Under the pieces are notes generated by a model. That model did not search any database and was not told the DNA's origin. It was given only the letters and a program-made list of their open reading frames with translations. From NCBI GenBank assembly GCA_050273025.1, contig CP158635.1:9920001-9984000 (forward strand): DNA of 64,000 nucleotides. The letters are read 5' to 3'. Position numbers and translations under genes: made by a program. Of the stretch, positions 36,961 through 49,949 are shown in pieces (position 1 is the first letter of the stretch; each line of letters opens with the position of its first letter). Origin of the DNA: Cenococcum geophilum. Lineage: Eukaryota.

Positions 36961-37231
36961 TCAGCGTCGCTTTTTGCCGACGACAAGGCTGAAGACATAT
37001 TCGTTCCCTTCCAGATCTGTGCGGGTAGGCCAATCAGTAATTGTTCGGCTGGGAGAATGGCAACGAACCTTGTTGCCGTTGCTGAGATTGTCGGTGCAGC
37101 CGCCATGTAGCAACAGCGAGCCGCAAGGTTGCTATTGCAAAAACGATCGAGAGTATTGAGGCAACGAAGGCGAACACGATGCCGACAATATTGATGGAAT
37201 CGCTGGTGGTGACTTTGCGGGGGACGAGCAT
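36961..37231 (-). CDS. Single-TM microprotein, family member 5 (72 aa)
   Basis: Exon 1 37231-37069, intron GTTCGT..CTGAT..CAG 37068-37017, exon 2 37016-36961. Product MLVPRKVTTSDSINIVGIVFAFVASILSIVFAIATLRLAVATWRLHRQSQQRQQ|DLEGNEYVFSLVVGKKRR*. Confidence 0.8.
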
Positions 37232-37375
37232 TGCGGTGTGTGTAGTATCTATAATGGACGATAGAACTTAAAGATAGTAGGCGGGTTGAAATATACCGAA
37301 CGATTTGAATATTTGCTAGCGTGGACTCGCATCCTGTGCCTTGGGGATTGAAGTTCTACTTATATGGCATGTAAT

Positions 37376-37522
37376 ATGGGGATTTTCCACATGGGATTTT
37401 CCACATGGGATTTTCCACATGGGATTTTCTACATGGGATTTTCTACATGGGATTTTCTACATGGGATTTTCCGCATGGGATTTTCCGCATGGGATTTTGA
37501 AAACCACATGGGGTTTTTCCAC
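37376..37522. repeat. 14-bp minisatellite (ATGGGATTTTCCAC)n, about 10 units
   Basis: Direct tandem units ending CCAC x3, CTAC x3, CCGC x2, then degenerate units. Confidence 0.95.
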
Positions 37523-39053
37523 CAGCTGCCGGACGGCTCCTCCAAGGGCCGGCGCAAGGGCTCTGATGCATGAATGACAGGCGTGGTGCGGGCCCCGTCA
37601 GCGAAAGCCACATTTGCAATTTGTTGCCAAGCCTGACATAGGCAACCTTATTCGTTCCTATCGGGGGGGCGAACCGGGCGATCAAAAGCCAGCGCTGCCA
37701 CTGCTGCTAGCATAGCCGAGGGGCGGCACATTGCACTTACTCGCGCCGATTCACTTGGCTATTATCCTTCTGGAAGACCTCTAGAAATCCTAATGCATTC
37801 GTTTGATCAGCCCTCTGCTACCTAGGATGCGCGCCCAAGTCGATTTTTGCATGTGCACCTAAGATGGAGTAACAAACGCACGACTGATCAGATCCGGACT
37901 CATGCAGTTGACTGCTCACCACCCCAAGCCACCTCAAGCCATCCCAAGTCACCGCCTGCGCGTAAAACGCTATCGAATGCTGATTGGTACCGCCCCATGG
38001 CCGTCCATGGCCTGAGGCTATCAATTTGGCAGACGGCCCGCCGGCTCTCTCCAATTGGCAGGACTGGGGACAACAATACCTGGGATCAAAAGGCGGGACT
38101 GGGATGTGGCCGTGTGGCACTGATCATCAGAGTGGTTGCCGCCATGGCAAGGCACTTTGTCGTGGGATTAGTACCTTGGCATAATCAAAATGCAGATGCC
38201 ACTACTGGGAGAAGCTAGCTGTGCTTTTGGGCTGTGCAGATCCCTGTTAGTGTCTAGTCCGCAGGTTTCCGATTGGTAAGACGTGCAAAGCCTCGGGGCA
38301 ACAGAGGGTTTACGTTCCATATGAAACGGAATTCCTCTGCTTAGTCCAGCAACGCCTTGTCACAGCCATTTCATCAGAATACGGCTTGTTGTTCTTCCAC
38401 GACTTCTCAAAGCCCCTCCAGTTCATCCATTTTGAATTTATCGTGGACTAACATGTGAGTCGCAGCGATCCGCGTCTTACAAATTGGGCTTCTAGAGAAA
38501 CTATCGTTCGGCGGACAGCAGCATACGCAGAGTGGGTAACAAGCAAGCTGAAAGGCTAATTTTGGCAAGCCAGTAAGCCGAATAAGGCCCAGCTTGCTTG
38601 CTTGCTTGCCCGCTTGATAGAATATATATATATAAGTTTAGTAGTTGAGAGTCGAATCTAAACATGCGGAACATTGATCCCCCAACGTAAATTTTGACCT
38701 AAGTTTATAAGTAATAAGCTAATTAATTTTAGAGCTTTATTATATAGACTTTAATTAATATATATAGAGATAAGGTTTTCCAGGGGGAGACCCCCTGGGA
38801 CCCCCCTATATAGAGCTTTTGCTTAATTTAGAAGTAGTAATAAGATTAAGGCGCCTTAGTTACTGCTAGGTAAGGATCTACTACAGTAACTAAGGCGCCC
38901 TACTTAAGCTGGGCTTAAGGATTATATTGGTTACGAATCTAGTATATATTTAGACTATAGAGCTTTAATATAGAGCCCTTTATATAGAATCTAATATAGT
39001 AGATTATAATTCCAATTTAAAGCTTTATATACTAAATATTTTTAATGCCTAAT

Positions 39054-42000
39054 TGTCACGGAACCCCGCCGCAGGGGCCTCCATAGGAGAGCCCCGTGCT
39101 CTCGCGTACACCTCGCGTACAGCTTATGTCAGCTACGCGTAGGTATATCACCTCCTTACGCCCTCGACCCTTACGATCGATCGCGCAACGTCTTGTAGAC
39201 TCCTCGAATACATACGTCTTGTAGCCACTGCCCCCGTCCCGTGACATTACGTTGCGCCTTTTTACCACCGACACCCAGCCTATAACCAATTCTACGTCTC
39301 TGCAATACTATAGGCGCTGCTAGAAGCAGCGTGCCTACGAGTTACCTCACTTTATACTTCTAAGGAACCCATAATAGTAAGACAATATTTCTTACTAGCC
39401 ACTATATTAAACCTAAAGAATAATCTAATACCTATACTTAACCTATAACGCCAATCAATCCCAAAAGAATTTAATTTATTAGCCTTAGCCTTAACCCCTA
39501 AAAAGATAGACACTAATAATATCTTATCTTTTATTAACTACACAACTACGGATAAGCAAGTAGAAGGGCTATTACCTATTAAAATTAAAATATAAGACGC
39601 TAAGACGTTTATAAAAATAGTAGCACGAGAACCTAATAAATACTACTACCTTCTATAGAACTACTACCTAAAGCTTACATAAGCCGAGATGCGTACTGCC
39701 TAAGATCGCGATATTATCTAAGACCTATAAGCTCGCGAGGCGCTCGCTAATAACACGCGTTAAGAAACTAAAGATAACCTCCGCGTATCTAAATGCGACG
39801 TCTAATAGTTAAAGAAGGCTAAGATTATACTTATTGCTACAGTTACTAAAAGAGAAGGTATAATTAAATACCTATAATTTTAGCTTAACGAGTATATTTA
39901 TAATAACGCTAGATACCTCTATACTGTATATAACGCCACTTAAGTCTCTACGCCCCCAGCAACTTTACTTACTTAACGCTTAATAAAGGGTTAGCGCTAA
40001 GCAGCCTTACCTAATAAGAACCCCTACTAAAGTAACAACAAAAGCTATAATAACTAAACCTAAGCTGCTACTATAGGGTCTAATGTATATTACCCTAATC
40101 TCCTAGTTTTCTAAGGAGACCGTAAAGAATATAGCTACTAGAAGATATAAATCTATAAAAAACTAACTTAGAGCGCCTGCCTTTTTCTTACAGAAGATAC
40201 TAAGATTGGCTATATTATTAGGCGAATAAAGGGTATACTATTTAATAGACTCTTTACCTAATAGGAAACTAATAGCCCCTAGAAGTAGCAGTCCTACTAA
40301 AAAGTCCTTAATAATCTTAACCTAATATACCGTAACTATAACCTACTAGCCACCAACTAAGCTAAACTATATACCCTAAAGATAAGCCCTACTAAATTAT
40401 TTAACGAGTTCTATATTAAATTCTAGGAATATACCAAAGCCCTTACCTAAGACGATACTAAAGACTAAAAAGATCTCCTTAAAAAAGTCACTTATTGCCT
40501 TAGTTACGCAGCCGCTAGCTATAACTATAATAATATTTATAATATAGTAGCAGCTATATAGAAGATTAAACGACGACTAAATTAAATCACTACTATAAAC
40601 CCTTATCTAAAGACCTCCCTATAAAAGCCCTCTAGACCTACTAAACTACCAACGCCTACTACCCTAAGTAACACTACTGGTTCTAATATTAACCTTTCTA
40701 TACTAACCTTCCTATAGAAGCTACTAGATAGAGAACGCGAGCTACTCTAGAAGCTAAAGTGTTGCTATAAATGTCGTTAAGAAGGCTGTTATAGCTATAG
40801 CCTAAACTGCCTAATAGCTAAGTTTAGTAGCTACTGCCTAATACCTAACCTAGTATCTTAAACACTAAATATATTGCTATATGCCACTACCGTATAAGAT
40901 AAAGACGTAGTAATAGTAGTAGAGTTAGATACGGAAATGGAAAACGCTAAGTTCTAGCCCTAAGTTATAGGTTGGGACGCCCTAATAATAAGGGGATCTA
41001 TATATCGGCCTGCTTAATAGATAACTTAGTAAAGATAAATAGACGGAAATAGATAGTTTTACCCGTAATAGGAACTACTACTAAAAAATAATATAAAAGC
41101 CGTTCTATAATTAATTGCGGAGCTACTAATAAATTTATAAATACTTAATTCGTATATACTTATAACCTACCTACCTTACCCCTTACTAAAGCCCGCGCCT
41201 TATAACTCGCTAACGGTAGTTATACCGTATAGAAGATTACCTATATAGTATAACTCCACTTAGACATAAATAGGCACTAGGAAGAACTTTAGGCCTATAT
41301 TATACCACTTACTAACTACCCTATTATTCTTAAAATAAACTGGCTTAAATAATATAACCCCGCCATTAACTAGAAAAAGAGAGAAGTAACCTTTAACTCT
41401 AAATACTATAGAGAGACCTACCTAGGATATGGCCTAGCCGCCTTTATTTACTCCCTAGGATACTAACCTAAGGAACCCTTATTACCCTACCTATAACTAA
41501 CTACCACTATATAAGTGCTGCGGCCTTCTACCGTATAGCATATAGGAAAGGCTAGACCGTTACCGCAGCCTCCCAATTATAACTATATAAGCTTAATAAA
41601 GAATAAGACTACGTCCTCTATAGTAATAGGATAGATATAGTTAACCTTCTAAAAAATAATGCCCCCATAAAACTCTATGGATTTTTACCTTTAGACTTTA
41701 AAAAGTTTATAAAGCTTAAAAAAGGACTTACTAATAAGGAACTCCGCAAGCTTCTCCCTAAGAGGTACTATAACTTTATTAACGTATACTTATAAAAGAG
41801 CGTAAATATACTCCCCCTATATTAACCTAATAACTATACTATTAATATTAAATAAGGAAAAACGCTACCCTACCTAATATTAAAAGACGAACTTCTAGTT
41901 ATTAAAAAGTATATTAACGAGCACCTTAATAAAGGGTTTATTCACCCCAGCATATCCCTAGTAGCCGCCCCTATTCTCCTTACTAAGAAGCTAAAAGGAG

Positions 42001-45000
42001 GTATTTAATTCTATATTAACTATAGAGGACTTAACGCTATTACAATTAAGAACTAATACCCTATACCGCTTATACGTAAGACTTTTAAGCGGCTTAGCTA
42101 AGCCAAAATCTATACTAAGCTCAATATTATTGCTGCCTTTAACCGCCTCTAAATATAAAAAGGTAACGAATAGAAAACCGCATTTATATCGCGCTTTAGC
42201 CAATTTAAATATACTATTATACCCTTTGGCGTATATAACAGCCTAGGCAGCTTCTAAAGCTATATTAATAACGCCTTATAGGACTACCTCAATAACTTCT
42301 GCTCTGCGTACCTAGATAATATACTTATTTATAACAATAACCCTTTTAAGCATACTAAGCACGTTTAAAAGGTCCTATAGCGCCTTAGGGACATAGGACT
42401 TTATATTAATTTAAAGAAGTATAAATTCTTAGTTATAGAAGTAAAATACCTTAAACTAATTATTACTACTAAGGGTATCTATATAGACCCTAAAAAGGTA
42501 CGTATAATTACTAAATAGTAAACCCCTAACTGTATTAAAGACGTATAAGCTTTCCTTAGTTTTACTAATTTCTATCAAAAATTTATATATAACTTCTTAG
42601 GTATTATAGCACTATTTATAGCAATAATGCGAACAAAGGGCCTTTTCGCAAAAGGAAGAAAAATATATTTACGTTTTATCTAGACGCCTAAATGCGAGAA
42701 GGCGTTCTAAGACCTTAAAGATACTTTTACCAAAGCACCTATCTTAGCTTACTTTATACTAGGACAATAACTCTATTTTAAAACTAACTCCTTAGACTAT
42801 ATTAATATAGGCGTCCTCTTCTAAATAGGTAATAACGGTCTCCTCTACCTAGTTACATTCTATTTATCTAAGCTTATACTATAAGAATATAACTACAAGA
42901 TCTATAATAAGGAACTTCTCGCGATTATATAAGCATTTAAGGAATTCTAACTAGAACTTTCCTTAGTAGAACCTAACTAGCTAACTAAAGTCCTTACGGA
43001 TTATCGCAACCTTAAGTACTTTATAACTATAAAATAGCTAAACTAACGCTAAGCACGCTAGAACGAGTTCCTCTCTAGTTTTAACTTTAAAATCTTATAT
43101 AGGCTAGAAGTATAAGGTACTAAGCCTAATAGCCTAATACGCCGCTTACAAAACCTTCCTTAGTCTAAAGATAACCCCTATAACTAGTTCTAACAATAAA
43201 TAATCCTAAAAGCACAGAATTTAGCCCTAAGTATGCTACCTATAATAGAGCTAACTATACCTTAGCTCTACACCATAGAACTAAAATTACCTCCCAAAAT
43301 TAATAAGCTTATTACCACGGTATATAACACCTCTATTAACCTATTACTATATTAACTTATTGCCGTAAAGACCGCTAGCGCCTATACGCTACTAACTAAA
43401 CTCTAAAGCTTAGGCTAGATTAATATAGTAGCCTTAAAAGTAAAAGAAAATAGGCTCTATTATAGAGGCTGTCTATTTATCCCTAACTTAGAAAATCTAT
43501 AACAGTAACTAATCTAAATAGCCTATAACCTCTAATTAAGCGGCCACCCAGGCAGAGGAGGAACCTATAAGCTTCTTAGCCAATACTACTTCTAGCCTAA
43601 AATAATAGACTTAGTTAAACGCTTTATAGGCGCCTACTACAGTTATAAGCGTGCTAAGGCCTTTAATATAAAGTACTAAGGACTATTACACCCTTTACTA
43701 GTACCTATACGACGATAGGCAGATATCACTATAGATTTCGTTATTAACCTACCACCCTATAAGCAATATAGCCGTACCTATAAGAACATTCTTATAATAA
43801 TATACCGACTTATAAAAGAGCGCCACTACATCCTAACTAAAGGCGTAGCCGTTAGCGATATCACTAACGCCTTCTTTTATGAAATCTACTAATTATATAG
43901 GTTACCTAACTTAATTACGTCCGACTAAGGCATATAGTTCGGCTCTAATATATAGAGACGAATCTACTAACGCCTTAGCATCTCCGTTAAGATATCTATA
44001 TCCTTTTACTATAAAACTGCTAGGTAACTAAAAAACGCTAATACTAGCATAAAAGCGTACCTATAATAGATAGTCGCCTATAGTTAAGATAACTAGGTAA
44101 ATTACCTCCTACTAGGTAAATTCGCAGCGAATAACTACGTCTTAACTACTATAGGACTTACCCCGTTCTTCGTAAATAAGAAATATTACCCCTAATCTAG
44201 TATAGAACTACTAGAACCTATTAATAAGAAACTGCTATATAGAAAACGCCTTAAGATGCTACTTACTAACTAGCATACAGACCGTATAAAAAATCTACTT
44301 AACTACTATAAGGGAGAAATGGCCTAGGCTTAAGTAAAGCAGGTTTACTTCGCCGACTATTATAAAACGCCACTACCGGAGATACGTGTTAGCGACTAGG
44401 TATGGCTAGATATACACAATATCTCTATATAAAGGCCTATAAAGTTACTTAATTATAAGAACCTTAGCCCCTACCTAATTAAATAAGTTATTAATAGGGG
44501 AGCCGTATACGAGCTAGAGCTCCTACCTACCCTAGCCACCCACGGAATATAGCCTATATTTTACCTATAGCTACTACACCTTTACTAGCCTAACCCCTTA
44601 CCGGGGTAGATATAGCCTAAACCCCTACTAGTACTAATTTAAAACGAGAACAAAGACAAGAACTACGAGGAGTGGACCGTTAAACAAATTATTAACTCTA
44701 AATACTTTAGCAAAGGTAGAGGACAATAGCTCTACTACAGAGCTATATATATAGGATTTAATATAAATTAGCCAGAATGGCAACTATAGGAAGACTTTAA
44801 AAATGCAAAGGATCTAATTAGCGACTTTTACTACGCGAACCTATAGAAACTAGGCCTAAGTAGAGATTTTATACCTAATCCTCTATAGGAGCCCTTATAG
44901 AGTTAAACCATTATATATTACTACGTAGGGGCAAATTACTATTAGATTGCCATTAGATTGCGGTAAAGTGCGATTACGTAACCGGAATATTATTAAGATA

Positions 45001-45386
45001 TCTAGGAACTTCAACTAGCGGTTAAAGTTATTTAATTAGTTAGATTTTTAGATGCCAAGCCTTATTATATAATGTTATTTTAAGCCTTTAGCAATACCCC
45101 CCTTTCTTCTTTTCTATACCCTAAGTGTCCCTTCTATATATATATAGTAACCATAGCGTCGCTAGAGCTCCGCCTCTATAGAAGGGGGGGTAGTGTTACA
45201 GAACCCCACCACAGGGGCCTCCATAGGAGAGCCCCGTGCTCTCGCGTATACCTCACGTATAGCTTATGTTAGCTACGCGTAGGTATATCACCTCCTTACG
45301 CCCTCGACCCTTACAATCGATTGTGTAACGTCTTATAGACTCCTTAAATACATACGTCTTGTAGCCACTACCTCTATCCCGTGACA
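39054..45386 (+). mobile_element. Ty3/Gypsy chromovirus LTR retrotransposon A, full length, RIP-inactivated
   Basis: 193-bp LTRs at 39054-39246 and 45194-45386 (TG..CA), TSD CTAAT, PPT GAAGGGGGGGTAG. Decayed protease (INCGAT, ~41110), RT (AYLDNILIY, ~42310), RNase H, integrase and chromodomain (EEWTVKQII, ~44670). Confidence 0.95.
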
Positions 45387-46123
45387 CTAATATAACGGAA
45401 CCTTATAGCAAGTACTACGATAGGCTCGTTATTAGGCTAGGTATATAGGTAATACAAATTAAAGTTAATAACGTAATAATAACTAGTGGAGTAGTTACCT
45501 AATAGATTAACTCTAATTATATTCTAAGAATTACTATAAGAAAGGAACTATCTAGGTAGGGATTAAGGGTCCTTAAATACACAACCGGACTCCTATAAAA
45601 TCCTTCTTATATATAATATACGTATACTCTATCTACTTTATTATAGATCGCATAAATCCTATAAATTATATAGATTACGTTATATAACCTTAGTTACTAT
45701 TCCTTATTATATAGCTTTATTAGTTCTATCTTAGACTATACCTAAATTAACTAACTAGCTTCTTTTAACTCTTTCCTAAGTAGTTATAATATTATACTTA
45801 AAGCGTCCATAACACCATCTCCCTCCTCTTTATCTTTGTCCTTAAAGATTCCTAATATCTCTAAGTTGTTTACTAGAGGTGTAATATCTATCTAATTAAT
45901 TTAGTTAATATTGTTACTTATTATACCTAAAGCAATTTCTTCTTCTTTAACTACCTGTTATATTTGCACTATTACTATAATATTATCTCTTAGTGAGATT
46001 ATACCGTCTCCATATTCTCGCTGCTTAAAAGAGGGGTTAGTTTATATTACGTTGGCGAACCTATCTTCACGACAGCCGTTCTCTTATTTAGAGTATACTA
46101 AAGCGAATATTCGTTCGTCCTAT

Positions 46124-46260
46124 CCCTTAACACGGCAGGGTCCTTTGCCAAGTTCGCTTATATTGACAACTGGATTTAATTAGATATTTACATTAACCCA
46201 GCTTTTCTAATTAGTTAATTCTTATTGATAACCTAAGGACCTAAATTGCCGTGTTAAGGG
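46124..46260. mobile_element. 137-bp MITE with CCCTT termini and AT target duplication
   Basis: AT|CCCTTAACACGGCA...TGCCGTGTTAAGGG|AT. Removing it restores the reading frame of the host remnant ORF. Confidence 0.8.
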
Positions 46261-49200
46261 ATAACGTTCGCTCTATCTCTAATGCTAAATATACGTAACC
46301 TATTATCCTTAATAGTCGTCTAGTTCCCTAATTAATTTATTTTAGGGTCTTATATTTAATCTGCTACTACGCAGCTAGATAATAAACTGTTTATTACTTT
46401 AGCAGAGTTACGCTATTCTTATAACATAGAATGGGAGGCTGCTAATACTTAGCAACGGGCTCTTAAATCTTATCTTACGGCGTTTACTTAGTTAATCTGT
46501 CTTAAAAAGGTTTATAAGAAGGTTTATTTTAAGAAGTAGAAACTTATAAAATAAGGTTTACAGGAACTTAGTAATAAAAGGGTGGACTTTCCTCTAGCTA
46601 AGAAGGAAATAGATCTAAGTAGTTTAGCAACTGCTCTTCTTAGGTCCCCCTTAGGTAACTTATTTTTTAGCGATCCTTCTTTATTAATATTGCCTAACCT
46701 AATCTCTTCTAATACTTCTATACCTTTCCTATAGCGTTCTTTAGATTCTCTAGTAGCTCCTAGGTAGTCTTATTATAGCCTATCCACTTTATCTTATACT
46801 ATATTTTATCGTTAATGTCCTTATAGCTAATAATCTTTAAAACTTACCACTTATCCTTTTCTTATCCTCTATATATATCTACTTTGTAAACTAGTGGCTT
46901 AACATTCTTATATACTAGCTCTAGCATTACAATATGCTATATAGGGTAGATCTTTATTTTAGCTAGTAGGTTTAACTTAAACGTAACTAGTAAAATCCTT
47001 TATTTAATTTTAAAAGGTCCTAGTCTAATATAGTTTAACTTTTTACTTAGTCGTTAGCTCTTGAAAATTTTATATAATAGCTATACTTTATCTCCCTCCT
47101 TAAGATCTAGTCCCTTAGATCTCTTAGTATTATAGTACTTTTTTATTCTCTTTTGTACCTTTTTTGCTGATTTTATAAGGTCTATATAAAGATTTATTAG
47201 TGTTTTTATCCTTTCTTTAGCTGTGCTACTCGTTTTCTTCACTTAACGTAGCGATAGCGATATTCTTAGCTTATATCCGTAATTTGCCTTAAATAGTAAT
47301 ATACCTATTCCTTTTTATAGTGTTGCATTATATATAAACTATATAACTAGTAATAATAATACCTAATTATTCTATGCGTAATTAATATAATATCTTAGAT
47401 ACTGTTCTAGTGTCTAATTTAGTCTTTCTATTTAACCGTCTGTCTGCGGATAATATATAGTAGAAGTTGCTACTCTAACTCCTTATTCTGCCAAGAATAC
47501 CTCCTATAATACTGCTATAAATCTTAAATCTCTATCTAATATAATCTTACTTAGTGCTTTATATCTTATAAATACTTCTTTAATATAGATTCTAGTGACA
47601 TCTTCTACTAATATTTCTTCTGTGCATATTATAAAGTACCCCCACTTTATAAGCTTGTCTACTATTACTAAAATCGTGTTATAATCTTGTCCGGTAATAG
47701 GGTCTCTTAATTTTAGCAACTTTATAATAAAGTCCTATAATATAACCTCCCATGGTCTCTCTAGTATTTTAATAGGTTATAGCCCTCTATATAGCTTATA
47801 CCTTATTAGTTTATTCCTTTAGCAGTCTAAATACTCTTTTATTACTTTTCTTACTAAGCCCTAGATTTTATTAATAATATACTCCTTTTAAAGTCTTAAC
47901 ACTAAGCCTATAGCTTCATTATATCCTTAAGTCATTCCCTTATAGAAATCTTCCATAAAGTGTTCTACTATGCTTCTTAGGATATACTTTGCTTCTCTAT
48001 ATTTATATAGTATTTCTTCCTCTAAATATTCCAACTATTCTTTTAATTATACTTTAAAGATCCTTTATACCTAAAAGCTTTTTAGTAACTTATAAACTCT
48101 ATCTAATTCTTCTTAAGTTGCTGCGATTTTTAGATAATTATACCTAATTAATCCATCTATATCCTTTCGCAGTAAAGCCCCTAATAGCTTTTCGTCATTT
48201 TATAGTTTAGCCTTTTAACTTAAAGTGTCTGCTTGTGTATTATCTATACCTTTAGTATACTAAATCTTAAAATAGTATTCTATAAGCATTTCTGCCTATC
48301 TAACCTATTTTTAGTTAAGTTTCTTTATCGTTAGAAATCCTATTAGGTTTTTATAATCCGTTTTAACTATAAATAGTTTCTTTATGCCTTATAAGAATAC
48401 TTTCTATTCCTTTAGTGCTATAACTATACTTAATAACTCCTTATTATAGATATTATAGTTTAACTCTAGTAGTGTTATCTTCTAACTATAATATGCCACT
48501 AGGTGCTATCTATCTTAATATCTCTATATAAAGTACGCCCCTAGTATAAAGTCTAATATATCTATTTCTATAACCGTCTCTAGTTCTAGTTAATAGATTT
48601 TAAGAACTGGCTCCTAAGTAAATAACTCTTTAACTTTCTTAAATAATTTCCGCTATTCTTCTCCCTATACCTATAGTTCTTTCTTTATTAACCGCATAAA
48701 TAGCTTAATATTCTTTAACCATTGCGCTATAAACCTTTTATAGTAATTGCAAAACCCTAGAAACAATCTTAGCTATATAACGTTCTCTAGTTTTTACCAA
48801 TTTACTATAGCTTTAATCTTTTTTAAATCTATACTAAATTAGCCTAGTTTAATAATAAATCTAATAAAATTGGTCTTCCTAGTAAAGAACTCGTATTTTT
48901 TAATTACTACTAGTATCTATTCCTCTTATAGTCTCTTTAAAACCCATTTAACGTATTCCCTATATTCTTCCTCATTTATTAAGTAGATAATAATATTGTT
49001 AAGGTATACTATAATAAATTCATCTAAGTATTCTCCTAATATATTATTAATATACTTCTGGAACGTTGCTAGTATATTTATAAGCCCAAATTATATAACT
49101 AATAGTTTATATAGTCCTTCCTTTAATCTAAAGGCTGCCTTTTATTCATTGCCTTTCTTAATCCGGATCTAGTAGTATACCTATCTTAGATCTATCTTTA

Positions 49201-49949
49201 TAAAGATTTGCGTATTACCTATTCTATTTTAAATTTCGCTAATTAAGGGTAAAGGATATCTATTCTTCCTGGTAATATTGTTTAACTACCTATAGTTAAT
49301 ATACAGCCTTAGTTTGCCGTTTTTCTTTAATACGAACAGTACTGGATAACCCGCTAATAACTGCAATAGTCTAATGTATCCCTTTTATAAGTTTTCTTAG
49401 ATAAACTCTTTTAGTACTCTACCTTTCTCTTTAATAAGCTTATAGATTAAAAAGAACCTTAAACTTATTCCTAGTTCTAATACTATTTTATAGTCCTATA
49501 CTATATACTTTAACAGTTTCTCGCTTTCTAGTAACTATAGTTTCTTACTATACTTATGGTATCTCTTTAGTATATAACTTAGTCCTTTTTCCGTTTCTTT
49601 ATAGGTTGCTCCTACTTAGTACTATACTAACTTGGCTTATTGTTATATCTTACGCCGTTAAGTATCCCTAATATTAACTTAACCTATAATCCAATTAATC
49701 TTTAGATTGTATTTCTGTAACTAAGGCATTTCTAATACTGCTTTATTATTCCCTAATAGTAATATATTAAAAAACATCTTAATTTATCTCCCTTTAATGG
49801 TTAACTAAATAGGTCCTGTTTTAAGGTTAATAATACCTCCTTTATAGGCTATCGGATCTCCTAAAATTATTACTAATAGGTAAAAGTACTCCTTCTTCCT
49901 ATATGGTAACCCTATTCTTTTAACTGCTGCTAATAATATATAGTTTCTT

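Noticed and set aside
37376..37522. Possible CRISPR-like array or repeat-peptide (RiPP precursor) ORFs
   Set aside because: No spacers; the 14-bp unit is not a multiple of 3; no signal peptide or Kex2 sites.
37555..37612. CTGATG...GCGAAA hammerhead-like pattern
   Set aside because: The core reads CTGATGC rather than CTGANGA, and stems I and III cannot be formed.
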